DNA from: an uncultured Chitinophagaceae bacterium
GTDB lineage: Bacteria > Bacteroidota > Bacteroidia > Chitinophagales > CAIOSU01
Assembly: GCA_964543705.1 (NCBI GenBank)
Contig: CAZIZP010000018.1
Coordinates: 12,107-76,106, forward strand
Direction of reading: 5' to 3'
Length of the DNA: 64,000 nt
Shown here: positions 41,406 through 51,904 of the stretch, piece by piece
Numbering within the stretch: the first letter of the stretch is position 1
How the letters are laid out: every line of letters begins with the position of its first letter
The notes under the pieces: model-generated
The model's input: the letters and a program-made list of their open reading frames with translations, nothing else
Told to the model about the DNA's origin: nothing
The model's database searches: none
Program-made: the position numbers and the translations under genes

Positions 41406-42902
41406 TTAAGACAATTGTCCTCTATTTTTCTTCCACTTGGAAATACTCGGTGATGAAGCGTTAAAATTGTTACTGATGTTTTTTTCATTACTATTATCAA
41501 ACAACTGGGAAGCAATTAAAGCTGCAATTATGGCTTCGTCTTCGTGGTAATTCTGTAAATATTCAGGCTTAAAATACTTGGCTATGAAACCGGTGTCTAA
41601 ATTTCCTTTCAAAAATTCTGGATGCTGCATTACCCATTTGCCAAAATCTAAAGTAGTTTTTATGCCTTTAATATCATACTCATTTATTGCTCTCACCATT
41701 TTTTGAGCAGCTTCTTCTCTGGTAGCAGCATGAACAATTAGCTTGGCAATCATTGAGTCGTAAAAAACGGGTACGGGCATTCCTTGTTCAAAACCATCAT
41801 CAACTCTTACGCCTGCGCCTAATGGTGGTTGATACACATTTAGCGTTCCGGTATCGGGTAAAAAATTATTTAACGGGTCTTCGGCACAAATGCGCAATTC
41901 AATGGCATGTCCATTAATTTTTAAATCGTCTTGTGTAAAAGCAAGTTTTTCACCACGGGCTACATTAATTTGCTCACGTACTAAATCTATACCTGTAATT
42001 AATTCTGAAACCGGATGTTCTACCTGCAAGCGAGTATTCATTTCCAAAAAATAGAAGTTCAGATTTTCATCTACCAAAAACTCTACAGTACCTGCGCCAC
42101 TATATTTTGCTGCCTTAGCAACATTTACAGCAGCTTCGCCCATTTTTTTTCTTACTTCAGGTGTTAACACTGCAGAAGGCGCTTCTTCAACTAATTTCTG
42201 ATGTCTTCTCTGAATAGAACATTCTCTTTCAAACAAATACACACTGTTACCATGGTTATCGGCCAGCACCTGTATTTCAATATGTCTTGGGGCAGCAATA
42301 TACTTTTCAATAAATACTGAACCATCGCCAAAAGCAGCCAATGCTTCGCTTGAAGCACGTTCCATCTGCGATTCAAAATCTTCGGCTTTATCTACCACGC
42401 GCATACCTTTACCGCCACCGCCTGCAGCCGCTTTTAACAAAATAGGGAAGCCAATTTCAATAGCAATTTTTTTAGCAGCCGGAACATCGCTAATAGCTTC
42501 AGCTGTGCCAGGTACTAAAGGAATATCAAAATCTTTCACTGCTTCTTTGGCAGTAATTTTATTGCCCATTACTTTTATAGAAAATGGCGATGGGCCAATA
42601 AACGTAATACCTGCTTCGGTTACTTTTTTAGCGAAAGTTTGGTTTTCAGAAAGAAAGCCATAACCCGGATGAATACCATCTACACCCAATTTCAAGGCTT
42701 CTTCAATTATTTTATCGCCTAATAAATAAGATTGGTTAGAAGGAGGCGGGCCTAAGAATATAGCTTCATCTGCAAAACGTACATGTGGCGATTTTCTATC
42801 GGCTTCAGAATAAACGGCAACTGTTTTTATACCCATTTCTTTAGCTGTGCGCATTACTCTTAATGCAATTTCTCCTCTATTAGCAACTAGTATTTTTTTC
42901 AT
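41406..42902 (-). CDS. accC: Biotin carboxylase (acetyl/acyl-CoA carboxylase subunit)
   Basis: ILVANRGEIA, HPGYGFLSEN, ERECSIQRRHQK, EMNTRLQVEHP. Confidence 0.92.
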   Translation of the reverse strand: MKKILVANRGEIALRVMRTAKEMGIKTVAVYSEADRKSPHVRFADEAIFLGPPPSNQSYLLGDKIIEEALKLGVDGIHPGYGFLSENQTFAKKVTEAGITFIGPSPFSIKVMGNKITAKEAVKDFDIPLVPGTAEAISDVPAAKKIAIEIGFPILLKAAAGGGGKGMRVVDKAEDFESQMERASSEALAAFGDGSVFIEKYIAAPRHIEIQVLADNHGNSVYLFERECSIQRRHQKLVEEAPSAVLTPEVRKKMGEAAVNVAKAAKYSGAGTVEFLVDENLNFYFLEMNTRLQVEHPVSELITGIDLVREQINVARGEKLAFTQDDLKINGHAIELRICAEDPLNNFLPDTGTLNVYQPPLGAGVRVDDGFEQGMPVPVFYDSMIAKLIVHAATREEAAQKMVRAINEYDIKGIKTTLDFGKWVMQHPEFLKGNLDTGFIAKYFKPEYLQNYHEDEAIIAALIASQLFDNSNEKNISNNFNASSPSISKWKKNRGQLS

Positions 42903-42910
42903 AGTATAAG

Positions 42911-42965
42911 CCTTTAGCTTTTAGCAGTTAGCTATTAGTTTATTTTGTCCCGATAGCTATCGGGA
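42911..42965. repeat. Heptamer tract (TTTAGCT/TTTAGCA/GTTAGCT/ATTAGTT) plus a perfect 18-bp palindrome TCCCGATAGCTATCGGGA
   Basis: Read directly; the palindrome is at 42948-42965. Confidence 0.8.
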
Positions 42966-42971
42966 TTGAGT

Positions 42972-43751
42972 TTACTTATTCTTAAACTCCGGTCTTCTTT
43001 TTTCAATAAAGGAATTCATGCCTTCTTTTTGGTCTTCGGAAGCAAATAACATATAGAAGTTTTTACGCTCGTTTATTAAACCCTCATCTAAACTGCTGTT
43101 AAATGCATTTAAAACAGATTCTTTCGCTAATCTTACTGCCAATGGCGATTGCACAGCTATTTCTCTCGCAAATTTTATAGCCTCAACAAGATAAATTTCT
43201 TCGGGTACAATACGATTAACTAAACCTGCTTTTAAAGCTTCTTCTGCTGAAATGAATTTTCCGGTAAGCACCATTTCCATAGCTAATGCTTTACCTACAG
43301 CACGGGTTAAACGTTGTGTACCACCTGCACCCGGCATAACGCCAATTTTAATTTCAGGCTGCCCAAATTTTGCTGTTTCAGAAGCAATAATCATATCGCA
43401 GGTCATAGCTAATTCGCAACCACCGCCCAATGCAAAACCCGAAACAGCAGCAATAATAGGCTTCTTGGTTTTCTTTATTTGATCCCAGGTAGAAAACTGG
43501 TCTATCTTCAACATGTCTATTGCCGTTCTGCCTGCCATTTCTTTAATATCGGCACCTGCTGCAAAGGCTCTTTCATTTCCGGTAAGAATAATTACACGCA
43601 CATTTTCGTCTTCATCTAATGCTTTTAATGCATCGCGTAGTTCTTGCATTAATTTCAGGTTAAGGGCATTAAGTTCTTTGGGACGGTTTAAGCGAATAAG
43701 CGCAATATGCTTGGCAACTTGTGGCTCTACTAATATGTTTTCAAAGTTCAT
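42972..43751 (-). CDS. Enoyl-CoA hydratase/isomerase (PaaF-like)
   Basis: LNRPKELNAL, AFAAGADIKEM, GGGCELA, GQPEIKIGVMPGAGGTQRL. Confidence 0.92.
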   Translation of the reverse strand: MNFENILVEPQVAKHIALIRLNRPKELNALNLKLMQELRDALKALDEDENVRVIILTGNERAFAAGADIKEMAGRTAIDMLKIDQFSTWDQIKKTKKPIIAAVSGFALGGGCELAMTCDMIIASETAKFGQPEIKIGVMPGAGGTQRLTRAVGKALAMEMVLTGKFISAEEALKAGLVNRIVPEEIYLVEAIKFAREIAVQSPLAVRLAKESVLNAFNSSLDEGLINERKNFYMLFASEDQKEGMNSFIEKRRPEFKNK

Positions 43752-43786
43752 TGAGAAATTATTTTATTGAGAGTTAAATACAAAAA

Positions 43787-44428
43787 TTAAACACCCCATT
43801 TATCGGGTGCAACACGCCATGTCTTTAATACTTCCAAGTCGTTTTCAGCAACATAGCCCGAAGCTACTGCCGCTACTAAAAGATTATCGTAATCTGAAAG
43901 TGAAAAGAAAGGACAATTGGCAGCCGCAAAATTATCGGCAGCATTCTGAAATCCGTAATTGAAAATTGCAGCAACACCTAATACTTCACAACCCAATTCT
44001 CTAACCGGTGTTACAGCTTTTAAACAACTGCCACCAGTTGAAATAAGGTCTTCTATCATTACTATTTTTTGTCCGGCTTCCAATTTTCCTTCTATTTGGT
44101 TACCCATGCCATGTTTTTTAGGCTCGGGGCGCACATAAGCAAAAGGAAGGTTTAAATATTCGGCCACCAAGGCTCCTTGTGCAATGCCCGCAGTAGCAAT
44201 TCCGGCTATGGCTTCAACTTCAGGATATTGCTTTGAAATAGTTTTAGCCAAGTGTTCTTTTACAAAAGTTCTAATGTGCGGATATGACAACGAAACCCTG
44301 TTGTCGCAATAAATGGGCGATTTCCAACCCGATGCCCACGTAAAGGGGTTTTGTGGTTGTAGCTTAATTGCCTTAATTTGCAGTAGGTAAGCAGCCACTT
44401 TTCGGGCTATTTCAACATCTAATATCAT
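43787..44428 (-). CDS. pyrE: Orotate phosphoribosyltransferase
   Basis: FTWASGWKSPIYCDNR, MIEDLISTGGS. Confidence 0.96.
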   Translation of the reverse strand: MILDVEIARKVAAYLLQIKAIKLQPQNPFTWASGWKSPIYCDNRVSLSYPHIRTFVKEHLAKTISKQYPEVEAIAGIATAGIAQGALVAEYLNLPFAYVRPEPKKHGMGNQIEGKLEAGQKIVMIEDLISTGGSCLKAVTPVRELGCEVLGVAAIFNYGFQNAADNFAAANCPFFSLSDYDNLLVAAVASGYVAENDLEVLKTWRVAPDKWGV

Positions 44429-45071
44429 GGTTCAAAACTATACATTTTTTATAGAAGGCAGGTTGTTGAAGCTTGTGAAAAACCCCAAATACAAGCATAC
44501 TGTGTTTGCTGAAACCGATAGTACCTCTAAAGACCTTCATTTATTCGATATAGTTCATGAATTAAAAAAGCTGATTGTTGCGCTACAAAATGGAAAAATT
44601 GAAACACTAACCCTGCATTTCAATGAACCCGATAATCTGCTTCAATATGTTGTAAAATGTTTTAAGAAACATATTGTAGCAGCCGGTGGGGTAGTGCGCA
44701 ATAGTAACAACGATATGCTTTTTATATTTCGCAATGGCTTTTGGGATTTACCAAAAGGTAAAGTAGAGCCTGGTGAAGATATTGCAAACACCGCAGTAAG
44801 AGAGGTTATTGAGGAAACCGGTATTAATAATATAGAGTTAAAGAAAACACTCAAAACCACGTTTCACACCTATAAAGAATTCAATATTTTGGTTTTAAAA
44901 GAAACACGTTGGTTTGAAATGTTTTCTGACGATACCAACCTGCAGCCCCAGACAGAAGAAGGTATTACCGAACTAAAATGGGTGGCAGCAAACGAAATAA
45001 ATAATTATTGCAATAAAAGCTACCCCAATATACAGGTATTGCTTTATGATTATTTGATGCAAAACAACTAA
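44427..45071 (+). CDS. NUDIX hydrolase
   Basis: AAGGVV...WDLPKGKVEPGEDIANTAVREVIEETG Nudix box. Confidence 0.92.
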   Translation: MVQNYTFFIEGRLLKLVKNPKYKHTVFAETDSTSKDLHLFDIVHELKKLIVALQNGKIETLTLHFNEPDNLLQYVVKCFKKHIVAAGGVVRNSNNDMLFIFRNGFWDLPKGKVEPGEDIANTAVREVIEETGINNIELKKTLKTTFHTYKEFNILVLKETRWFEMFSDDTNLQPQTEEGITELKWVAANEINNYCNKSYPNIQVLLYDYLMQNN

Positions 45072-45086
45072 ATACATATTCCCGAT

Positions 45087-46178
45087 TTGAAGCCCGCTAT
45101 TAAAATTTTAGTAGTAAGTAATTACACTTTTTTTTCTTCAACCCGTCCTGAAGCTTCTATTTTTCTCGGTTTAAAACAAATGGGGGTTGATATTACCATT
45201 ATGACCAACGGCTCGTGCGAACATGCTGAAAATTTCAGAAAGGCAGGAATCAATGTTATAGATTTTATGCCCGATAAAAAGTTTAGCAACTCAGCAACTC
45301 AAGCTATTAAAAATGAATTGCTGAATGGTAATTATGATGCATTATTGCTTTTTAATAGCAAAGCCATTATTAACGGAATTAATGCTGCAAAGCATTTGCC
45401 CGTAAAGGTAATTTTATACAGAGGCTATACAGGAAATATTCATTGGTGGGACCCTACGGCATATTTTAAATACCTGCATCCGCGAGTAGATAAAATTGTA
45501 TGCAACTCAAAGGCTATTGAAGAGTTATTGCACAGGCAATTATTTTTCAAAAAAGAAAAGGCCATTACCATTCATAAAGGACACGATTTGCAATGGTATA
45601 AAAACATAGAACCATTAGACTTATCGGAATTTGGTGTGCCGAAAAATGCTTTTGTTGCCGTATGTGTTGCCAATGCCCGCACCATGAAAGGCATAAAATA
45701 TTTGTTACAGGCCACACATTATGTACCTAATGATTTGCCTATTTATTGGTTGTTGGTTGGGAGAGGTTTAGATGACGCAGAAGCCAAAAAAATACAAGCC
45801 AATAGCCCCAATAAAAACAAAATAATTTTCACAGGTTTTCGCCCCGATGGGTTGCGTATTGTAAAAGCGTCACAAACATTTGTGCTTGCATCTATAAAAG
45901 GCGAGTCTATAACTAAATCGGTAATGGAAGCCATGTCTTTAGGTGTTGCCCCGGTTATTACCAATATTCCCGGAAACCGAGAACTGGTAGTTCATGAAGA
46001 ATCGGGTTTGGTAGTGCCTTATAAAAACCCAAAGGCTATTGCCGATGCCGTTATAAGGTTATATGATAACGCTGAAATACGCTGCACTTATGCAGAAAAT
46101 GCATGTAAGCGTATCCATCAACATTTTAATACCTCTAAAACTGTTTCAGAATATTTTAATATGCTGATTAATTTATAG
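45087..46178 (+). CDS. Glycosyltransferase family 4
   Basis: GESITKSVMEAMSLGVAPVITNIPGNRELV. Confidence 0.88.
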   Translation: MKPAIKILVVSNYTFFSSTRPEASIFLGLKQMGVDITIMTNGSCEHAENFRKAGINVIDFMPDKKFSNSATQAIKNELLNGNYDALLLFNSKAIINGINAAKHLPVKVILYRGYTGNIHWWDPTAYFKYLHPRVDKIVCNSKAIEELLHRQLFFKKEKAITIHKGHDLQWYKNIEPLDLSEFGVPKNAFVAVCVANARTMKGIKYLLQATHYVPNDLPIYWLLVGRGLDDAEAKKIQANSPNKNKIIFTGFRPDGLRIVKASQTFVLASIKGESITKSVMEAMSLGVAPVITNIPGNRELVVHEESGLVVPYKNPKAIADAVIRLYDNAEIRCTYAENACKRIHQHFNTSKTVSEYFNMLINL

Positions 46179-46262
46179 GCATTATGCCATTATAACCTCA
46201 CATCTGTTTAAAATGCTTTTTTATAAAATCATTATTTTGCAGCCAAATTTAATTTTCTCTTT

Positions 46263-47651
46263 ATGAATTATGATGTAATTGTTATTGGCAGTGGCCCCGG
46301 TGGCTATGTTGCCGCTATACGTGCCGCGCAATTAGGCTTAAAAACTGCTGTGGTTGAAAAAGCTGAACTAGGGGGTATTTGTCTTAACTGGGGTTGTATT
46401 CCTACCAAAGCTTTATTGAAAAGTGCACAAGTGTTTGAATATATTCAGCATGCAGAAGAATATGGTATTAAAGTAGATAAAGCAAAGCCCGATTTTGCCA
46501 AAATGATTTCGCGTAGCAGAGAAGTGGCAGGCGGCATGAGCAAAGGCATTCAGTTTTTAATGAAGAAAAATAAAATTGATGTTATTACAGGGCATGGCCA
46601 GTTAAAGGCAGGAAAAAAAGTAGCCGTTACCGATGCAACAGGAAAAGTTGCTGAATATTCAGCAAAACATATAATACTGGCAACCGGTGGCAGAAGTCGT
46701 GAGGTGGGCGCACTAAAACAAGACGGCAAAAAAATTATTGGCTATCGCGAAGCTATGACATTGCCCAAGCAACCTGAAAGCATGATTATTGTAGGTGCAG
46801 GTGCAATAGGGGTGGAATTTGCTTATTTCTATAATTCTATTGGCACTCGTGTTACTATTATTGAATATCAAAACCGTTTGGTACCGGTTGAAGACGAAGA
46901 CATTTCTAAAGAATTAGGCAGGCTGTATCGTAAAAACGGTATTGAAGTGTTAACTGAAACATCTGTTGAAGCCGTAAATACTACGGGTAAGTTGTGTAAA
47001 GTAACTATTAAAACAGAAAAAGGCACACAAGAGCTAGAGGCCGAAGTGGTGCTTTCTGCGGTGGGTTACACACCCAATTTAGAAAATTTAGGGCTGGAAA
47101 CTTTAGGTGTAAAAGTTGAAAACAACAGGGTAGTGGTAGATGAATTTTACCGTACTAATATAGAAGGTGTTTATGCCATAGGCGATATAGTAAAAGGGCC
47201 TGCACTGGCACACGTTGCTTCTGCCGAAGGTATTACTTGCGTTGAAAAAATTGCAGGCATGCATGTTGAGCCTATCGATTATAACAATATTCCGGGCTGC
47301 ACTTACTGCCAGCCCGAAATAGCCTCAGTAGGCTACACCGAAGCACAAGCAAAAGCCGCAGGCTACGAAATTAAGGTAGGCAAGTTTCCGTTTACCGCTT
47401 CAGGCAAAGCTTCTGCCGCAGGTGCAAAAGCAGGCTTTGTAAAAGTTATTTTCGATGCCAAATATGGTGAGTGGTTAGGCGCACACTTTATTGGTGCCAA
47501 TGTTACCGAAATGATTGCCGAAGTAGTGGCTGCCCGCAAACTGGAAACTACCGGACATGAAATTATTAAGTCTATACATCCACATCCTACCATGAGCGAA
47601 GCCGTAATGGAAGCTACTGCTGCCGCCTATGGTGAGGTGATACATTTGTAA
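46263..47651 (+). CDS. lpdA: Dihydrolipoyl dehydrogenase
   Basis: GSGPGGYVAA, GGICLNWGCIPTK, HPHPTMSE. Confidence 0.97.
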   Translation: MNYDVIVIGSGPGGYVAAIRAAQLGLKTAVVEKAELGGICLNWGCIPTKALLKSAQVFEYIQHAEEYGIKVDKAKPDFAKMISRSREVAGGMSKGIQFLMKKNKIDVITGHGQLKAGKKVAVTDATGKVAEYSAKHIILATGGRSREVGALKQDGKKIIGYREAMTLPKQPESMIIVGAGAIGVEFAYFYNSIGTRVTIIEYQNRLVPVEDEDISKELGRLYRKNGIEVLTETSVEAVNTTGKLCKVTIKTEKGTQELEAEVVLSAVGYTPNLENLGLETLGVKVENNRVVVDEFYRTNIEGVYAIGDIVKGPALAHVASAEGITCVEKIAGMHVEPIDYNNIPGCTYCQPEIASVGYTEAQAKAAGYEIKVGKFPFTASGKASAAGAKAGFVKVIFDAKYGEWLGAHFIGANVTEMIAEVVAARKLETTGHEIIKSIHPHPTMSEAVMEATAAAYGEVIHL

Positions 47652-48077
47652 CCACTATTTAAGTCTGATTTCCGGAATTATATTTTTACAGCTTAAGCTT
47701 ACCATTATGGAGACTGAAAATATTAATATTGATAAAGAAAATTATCAGGAACAAATTGAATCTTTATCAGATTTTAAAGTATTAAATTAAAAACAATATA
47801 TAGAAATCTTACCCGGCAGGAGGAGTCATTTTTTGTGTGCCTGGCGAATAGCCAGTTCGCGCGAAAGGTTGCTTTTCGGTAATCTTCTGTTAATACTTGA
47901 TATAATTGGTTTGTTTTAGAGTTAAGGAATAAATTTATTTATAAATGTTTGTTTATCATTCTGGAAGGGCATCCCCGCTATAGCCTGAAAGGGTTGTCTT
48001 GTCCTAAATTAAAAGTCTTTTAGCTTTTTAAATTTCAGTTGCTAAAGCTTAAACTTAATGCACATAGCAACTCCTTC

Positions 48078-48806
48078 TTACTTCAAAAACTTTACCCTGC
48101 CAAGCAATTCATCTTTATAACTTTTTCCTATGGGCAAACTTTGTTTGTTAATTATCACATTTGAGGCGTCTATACCTTCAATATGTTGCCAGTTTACCGC
48201 ATAGCTTCTGTGAATTTGAATAAAGTTGCTGTTAGAGAGTTCATTTAAAAATTCTTCTATTTTGGCTCTTATAACAAAGCGTTTATCTGTTGAAGTATAA
48301 ATATTGAGGTACACATTTTCACATTCTATGTACAGTATCTTTTCGGTTTCTACTTTCTCAAACAAATCTCCATTTTTTATAAAAATGGTTTTATTAGAAT
48401 CAATGGGTTGAGTTGTTTTATGTCTCTTTTGAGCATTAAAATTAGTTAAAGCCACTTCTATGGTAGCATACAAATCGCCTTCACTGAAGGGCTTTACCAA
48501 ATAGGCATAGGGATTGGCTTTTTTAGCTTTATCAATAGTGGCACTATCGCTGAAAGCTGTAAGAAAAATAAATGGTAGTTGATAATTTTCGTGTATATGT
48601 ATGCCCACATCTATTCCGGTTTTTTCTCCATGTATTTCAATGTCTAACAAAACCAAATCGGGCGATTGTGTTTCTATCATTTGCAAAGCATCATCAAAGG
48701 TTCTTACCGGTTCGGTAGTGTCGTAACCAATTTGCGTTAAGGTTTCTACCAAACTTTCAGCAATTAAAAAGTCGTCTTCTACTATACCTATTTTTAAGTT
48801 TTGCAT
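48078..48806 (-). CDS. LytTR family response regulator
   Basis: Receiver (IVEDD...LLDI...FLTA...KPF) plus LytTR domain (FIQIHRSYAVN). Confidence 0.92.
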   Translation of the reverse strand: MQNLKIGIVEDDFLIAESLVETLTQIGYDTTEPVRTFDDALQMIETQSPDLVLLDIEIHGEKTGIDVGIHIHENYQLPFIFLTAFSDSATIDKAKKANPYAYLVKPFSEGDLYATIEVALTNFNAQKRHKTTQPIDSNKTIFIKNGDLFEKVETEKILYIECENVYLNIYTSTDKRFVIRAKIEEFLNELSNSNFIQIHRSYAVNWQHIEGIDASNVIINKQSLPIGKSYKDELLGRVKFLK

Positions 48807-48841
48807 AAATGTTGGGTTTTCTGTTTCAGTATTTAAGTTAG

Positions 48842-51800
48842 CTAAATATTAAGGTTAAATGTAAAGGTGTATTCACTTCTTTTAGCATTATTATATTCCA
48901 AACTTGCCCCAATTTGCTTCGATAAAACGTGTATAAGCCTTAGCCCTAATGTGGTGGGTTTTTCTTTTGAAAAAGCATAACCTTTCCCATTATCAGAATA
49001 TTTCAGTACCATATTTTTAATTGTTGCCTGGCTATTCAATTCCTTTAGTTCAATGATTATCTCTCCATTTTCTACTTCATTAAAAGCATATTTATAAGAA
49101 TTGGTCAGTAACTCATTTAATATTAAACCCAAAGGAATGGCAATGTCAATTAATAAATGGGTTTCAGGAATATTAATGTGAATGGTTACCTGTTGTTTTT
49201 GCCTGTTAAACAACGATTTTATTTGAACCGTTAAGTCTTTTACAAAAGCATTTAATTCTACCTTTTCAATACCTTCATTTTGATATAATTTTTGATGTAC
49301 CAAGGCAATTGAACTTACCCTGCTTTGGCTTTCCTTAATGGCTTTTTTAGCTTCTTCATCTTTCAATCCGCTGCTTTGCAGCATTAAAATACTCGAGATG
49401 GTTTGTAAGTTATTTTTTACTCTATGATGAATTTCTTTCAACAGTATTTCTTTCTCTTGCAACAGCACTTCTTTTTCTTCCAGCGTTTTTTCTACTACTG
49501 CTTTTTGTTGTGCAATTTCCTGTGTGCGCAGTTGCACCGTTTTCTCAAGCTTCAGGTTTTGTGTTTTTAATATTTGTTCTCTTCTTTTTATGTAAATAAT
49601 TAATGCTGAAAAAACTGAAACAATCATAAGTAATCTAAACCACCAGGTATTCCACCATGCGGGTTTAATATTGAAGTTGTATTGAATAATATCATTACTG
49701 AAATTGCCCTCGTTATCTATTGCCTTAGCCAAAAAAGCATAGCTTCTTCCGGGCTCAATATTGCTGAAAGTTATTTCCTGATTGGTAGTGGGCGAAGACC
49801 ACACATTGTCTTGCCCTTCCAGTTTAAAAACATACTGAACCGGGCGTGTAGTTAATGCCTGTATATCGAATGTTAAATGATTTTTGTGGTAGGGTAGGGT
49901 AAGCTGTTGAGGCAATTCATTTTTATTGCTTTTTGCATATTTGCTCCAATCGGTTTTTTGATAAAACAGCCTTATATCTTTAAGATGAAGGCGAGGCGAT
50001 ATGTTTTCATTTCGGAAATATTGATAATTAAAGTTCCATAAGCCATTTACCGTTCCCAGCCATACACTGTTTTCTAAAGTATCAATATAAATGGCATGTT
50101 GGTTTATACCTTTGGGGGTAAAGCCATTGTTTTCATTAAAAACCTCAAGTTTTTCTATTTCATTTTTTTCTGAAAGCTGAACAAGTTGCAAGTGCGATTC
50201 GTTGCCTGCCCATAAATAATTGCGTGTTGCATCGTAAGCTAAAGAAGTAATGTTATCGGGCAGTTTTTTTTCTTTGCTGGTAATAGTTTTAATGTTAGTT
50301 CCATTATAAGTCATTAACCCTTTTTCTCCGCTGCCAAAAAATATTTGGCCTTGCTTGCCTTCGGCAATACTCCATACCGAAATGTTTTCAGCAATTAGCT
50401 TAAAGGCATTGTTTTGTATAACGCCAATGCCATTATCATAAGCCCCGATAAAAATTCGGTTTAGATGGTCTTCATATACGGTAAGCAATTTGGTGCTTAA
50501 TAAAGGGTATTGGCGGTTCAGGTTTTCAGCTTTATTGTTTTGTATTTTAAACAAACCCGAACCAAATGTAGTAAGCCAAATTTCGCCATTACGGGTACAA
50601 ATTATTTTGGTAGGGCTTATAATTTTTTCCTGTTCACTTTTTAAGAGTGCTTCATTTAAAATAAAACCCTTTTGTGTTTTGCTGAGTGTGTAAATACCTT
50701 CGAGGGCAGCCAGCCATAATTGGCTTTCAGCATCTATGGCAACCGATACAATATTTAGGTTTAATGTTTCATCTACCGGGGCTATTTTTTTATCAGTTTT
50801 ATTTAAAAAATATAAGCCGTTGTTGGTAGCAATATAATACAGGTTATTTTTCTGGTCGAAAGTAATATCGGTTACTTTTTTGTTGTACAGCCCGCTTTTC
50901 TCATTATAACTTACAAATGCTTCGTTGGTTAAAACATCTACGCCACCACCTAACGAACCCGACCATATATTTCCTTCATAATCGCACATTACGGTTTGCA
51001 CCATATCTACCGAAAGCCCTTCTTTTTCAGAATACAATTTAAAATTGCCTTGCTTATATTTTAGCAGCCCATGGTCGGTAGCCAGCCAGTAATACCCATT
51101 ATGGTCTAAGGCTATACCACCTATAAAATCATTTTGACATTTTGAAGGCAAGGGTATTTCGGTTACTTTTTGCAAGCTGTCTATTTTTATAAAACGGCCC
51201 GAAGTGGAGCCAAAGAATAACGCTCCCCGTTTATTATTCAGGCATGAGAAATAGGTTTCGTTTGTCGCCTCGTTGCTAAGTGTAAATTTTTCTAAATAGC
51301 CCTGCTGTAAAATGTAAATGCCTTCTGAAGTGCCTGCCCATAATTTCCCCTTGTTGTCTTCTGCCAAACAAAAAGTTTCAACCACATTTTTTTGTTCTTT
51401 TGAAGTAATCCTGTGGAAATGTTTCCCGTTGAAAAAAAACAAGCCACTATTGCCCGCAGCAAAGTAAATACTATCGTCAGCAGCAATATAAATACTATAA
51501 ACTGCACTGTTGGTAAAGCCTTGTTTTTGGTTGTAATTTGTAAACGTATTGTTTTTCAGCAACGAGACTCCGCTCGCAGTAGCTATCCATTTATCGCCTT
51601 TACTGTTTTCGGCAATGTAGGTTACATCATTATCTATTAGGCCATTCTGTTTAGTGTAGGTGGTAAAGGTTTTTCCATCAAATTTTGAAACACCACCCCC
51701 TTGTGTGGCCAGCCAGATAAAGCCTTTTTTATCCTGAAAAATGTGATTGATATTGGCACTACCTACGCCTTCTGAAACAGAATAATTTCTGAAGCTGTAT

Positions 51801-51871
51801 TGTTGAGCTATTACCGATACAGATAAGAGCACTGTTGCTGCAAGAAATGCTATAAACTTTATCTGCTTCAA
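48842..51871 (-). CDS. Sensor histidine kinase (periplasmic beta-propeller + Y_Y_Y + HisKA_2/HWE-type kinase)
   Basis: Reg_prop-like repeats, LEGQDNVW, TM segment, EIHHRVKNNLQ, NELLTNSYKYA, LGLRLI. Confidence 0.92.
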   Translation of the reverse strand: MKQIKFIAFLAATVLLSVSVIAQQYSFRNYSVSEGVGSANINHIFQDKKGFIWLATQGGGVSKFDGKTFTTYTKQNGLIDNDVTYIAENSKGDKWIATASGVSLLKNNTFTNYNQKQGFTNSAVYSIYIAADDSIYFAAGNSGLFFFNGKHFHRITSKEQKNVVETFCLAEDNKGKLWAGTSEGIYILQQGYLEKFTLSNEATNETYFSCLNNKRGALFFGSTSGRFIKIDSLQKVTEIPLPSKCQNDFIGGIALDHNGYYWLATDHGLLKYKQGNFKLYSEKEGLSVDMVQTVMCDYEGNIWSGSLGGGVDVLTNEAFVSYNEKSGLYNKKVTDITFDQKNNLYYIATNNGLYFLNKTDKKIAPVDETLNLNIVSVAIDAESQLWLAALEGIYTLSKTQKGFILNEALLKSEQEKIISPTKIICTRNGEIWLTTFGSGLFKIQNNKAENLNRQYPLLSTKLLTVYEDHLNRIFIGAYDNGIGVIQNNAFKLIAENISVWSIAEGKQGQIFFGSGEKGLMTYNGTNIKTITSKEKKLPDNITSLAYDATRNYLWAGNESHLQLVQLSEKNEIEKLEVFNENNGFTPKGINQHAIYIDTLENSVWLGTVNGLWNFNYQYFRNENISPRLHLKDIRLFYQKTDWSKYAKSNKNELPQQLTLPYHKNHLTFDIQALTTRPVQYVFKLEGQDNVWSSPTTNQEITFSNIEPGRSYAFLAKAIDNEGNFSNDIIQYNFNIKPAWWNTWWFRLLMIVSVFSALIIYIKRREQILKTQNLKLEKTVQLRTQEIAQQKAVVEKTLEEKEVLLQEKEILLKEIHHRVKNNLQTISSILMLQSSGLKDEEAKKAIKESQSRVSSIALVHQKLYQNEGIEKVELNAFVKDLTVQIKSLFNRQKQQVTIHINIPETHLLIDIAIPLGLILNELLTNSYKYAFNEVENGEIIIELKELNSQATIKNMVLKYSDNGKGYAFSKEKPTTLGLRLIHVLSKQIGASLEYNNAKRSEYTFTFNLNI

Positions 51872-51904
51872 GAAAGATTTTTGTGAATTTAAAATTATTC
51901 AGCG

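Noticed and set aside
47800-48005. Fluoride, glycine or cobalamin riboswitch, or tmRNA
   Set aside because: Only isolated words match (AATGACTCCT, GGGGATG); spacing and core stems do not fit.
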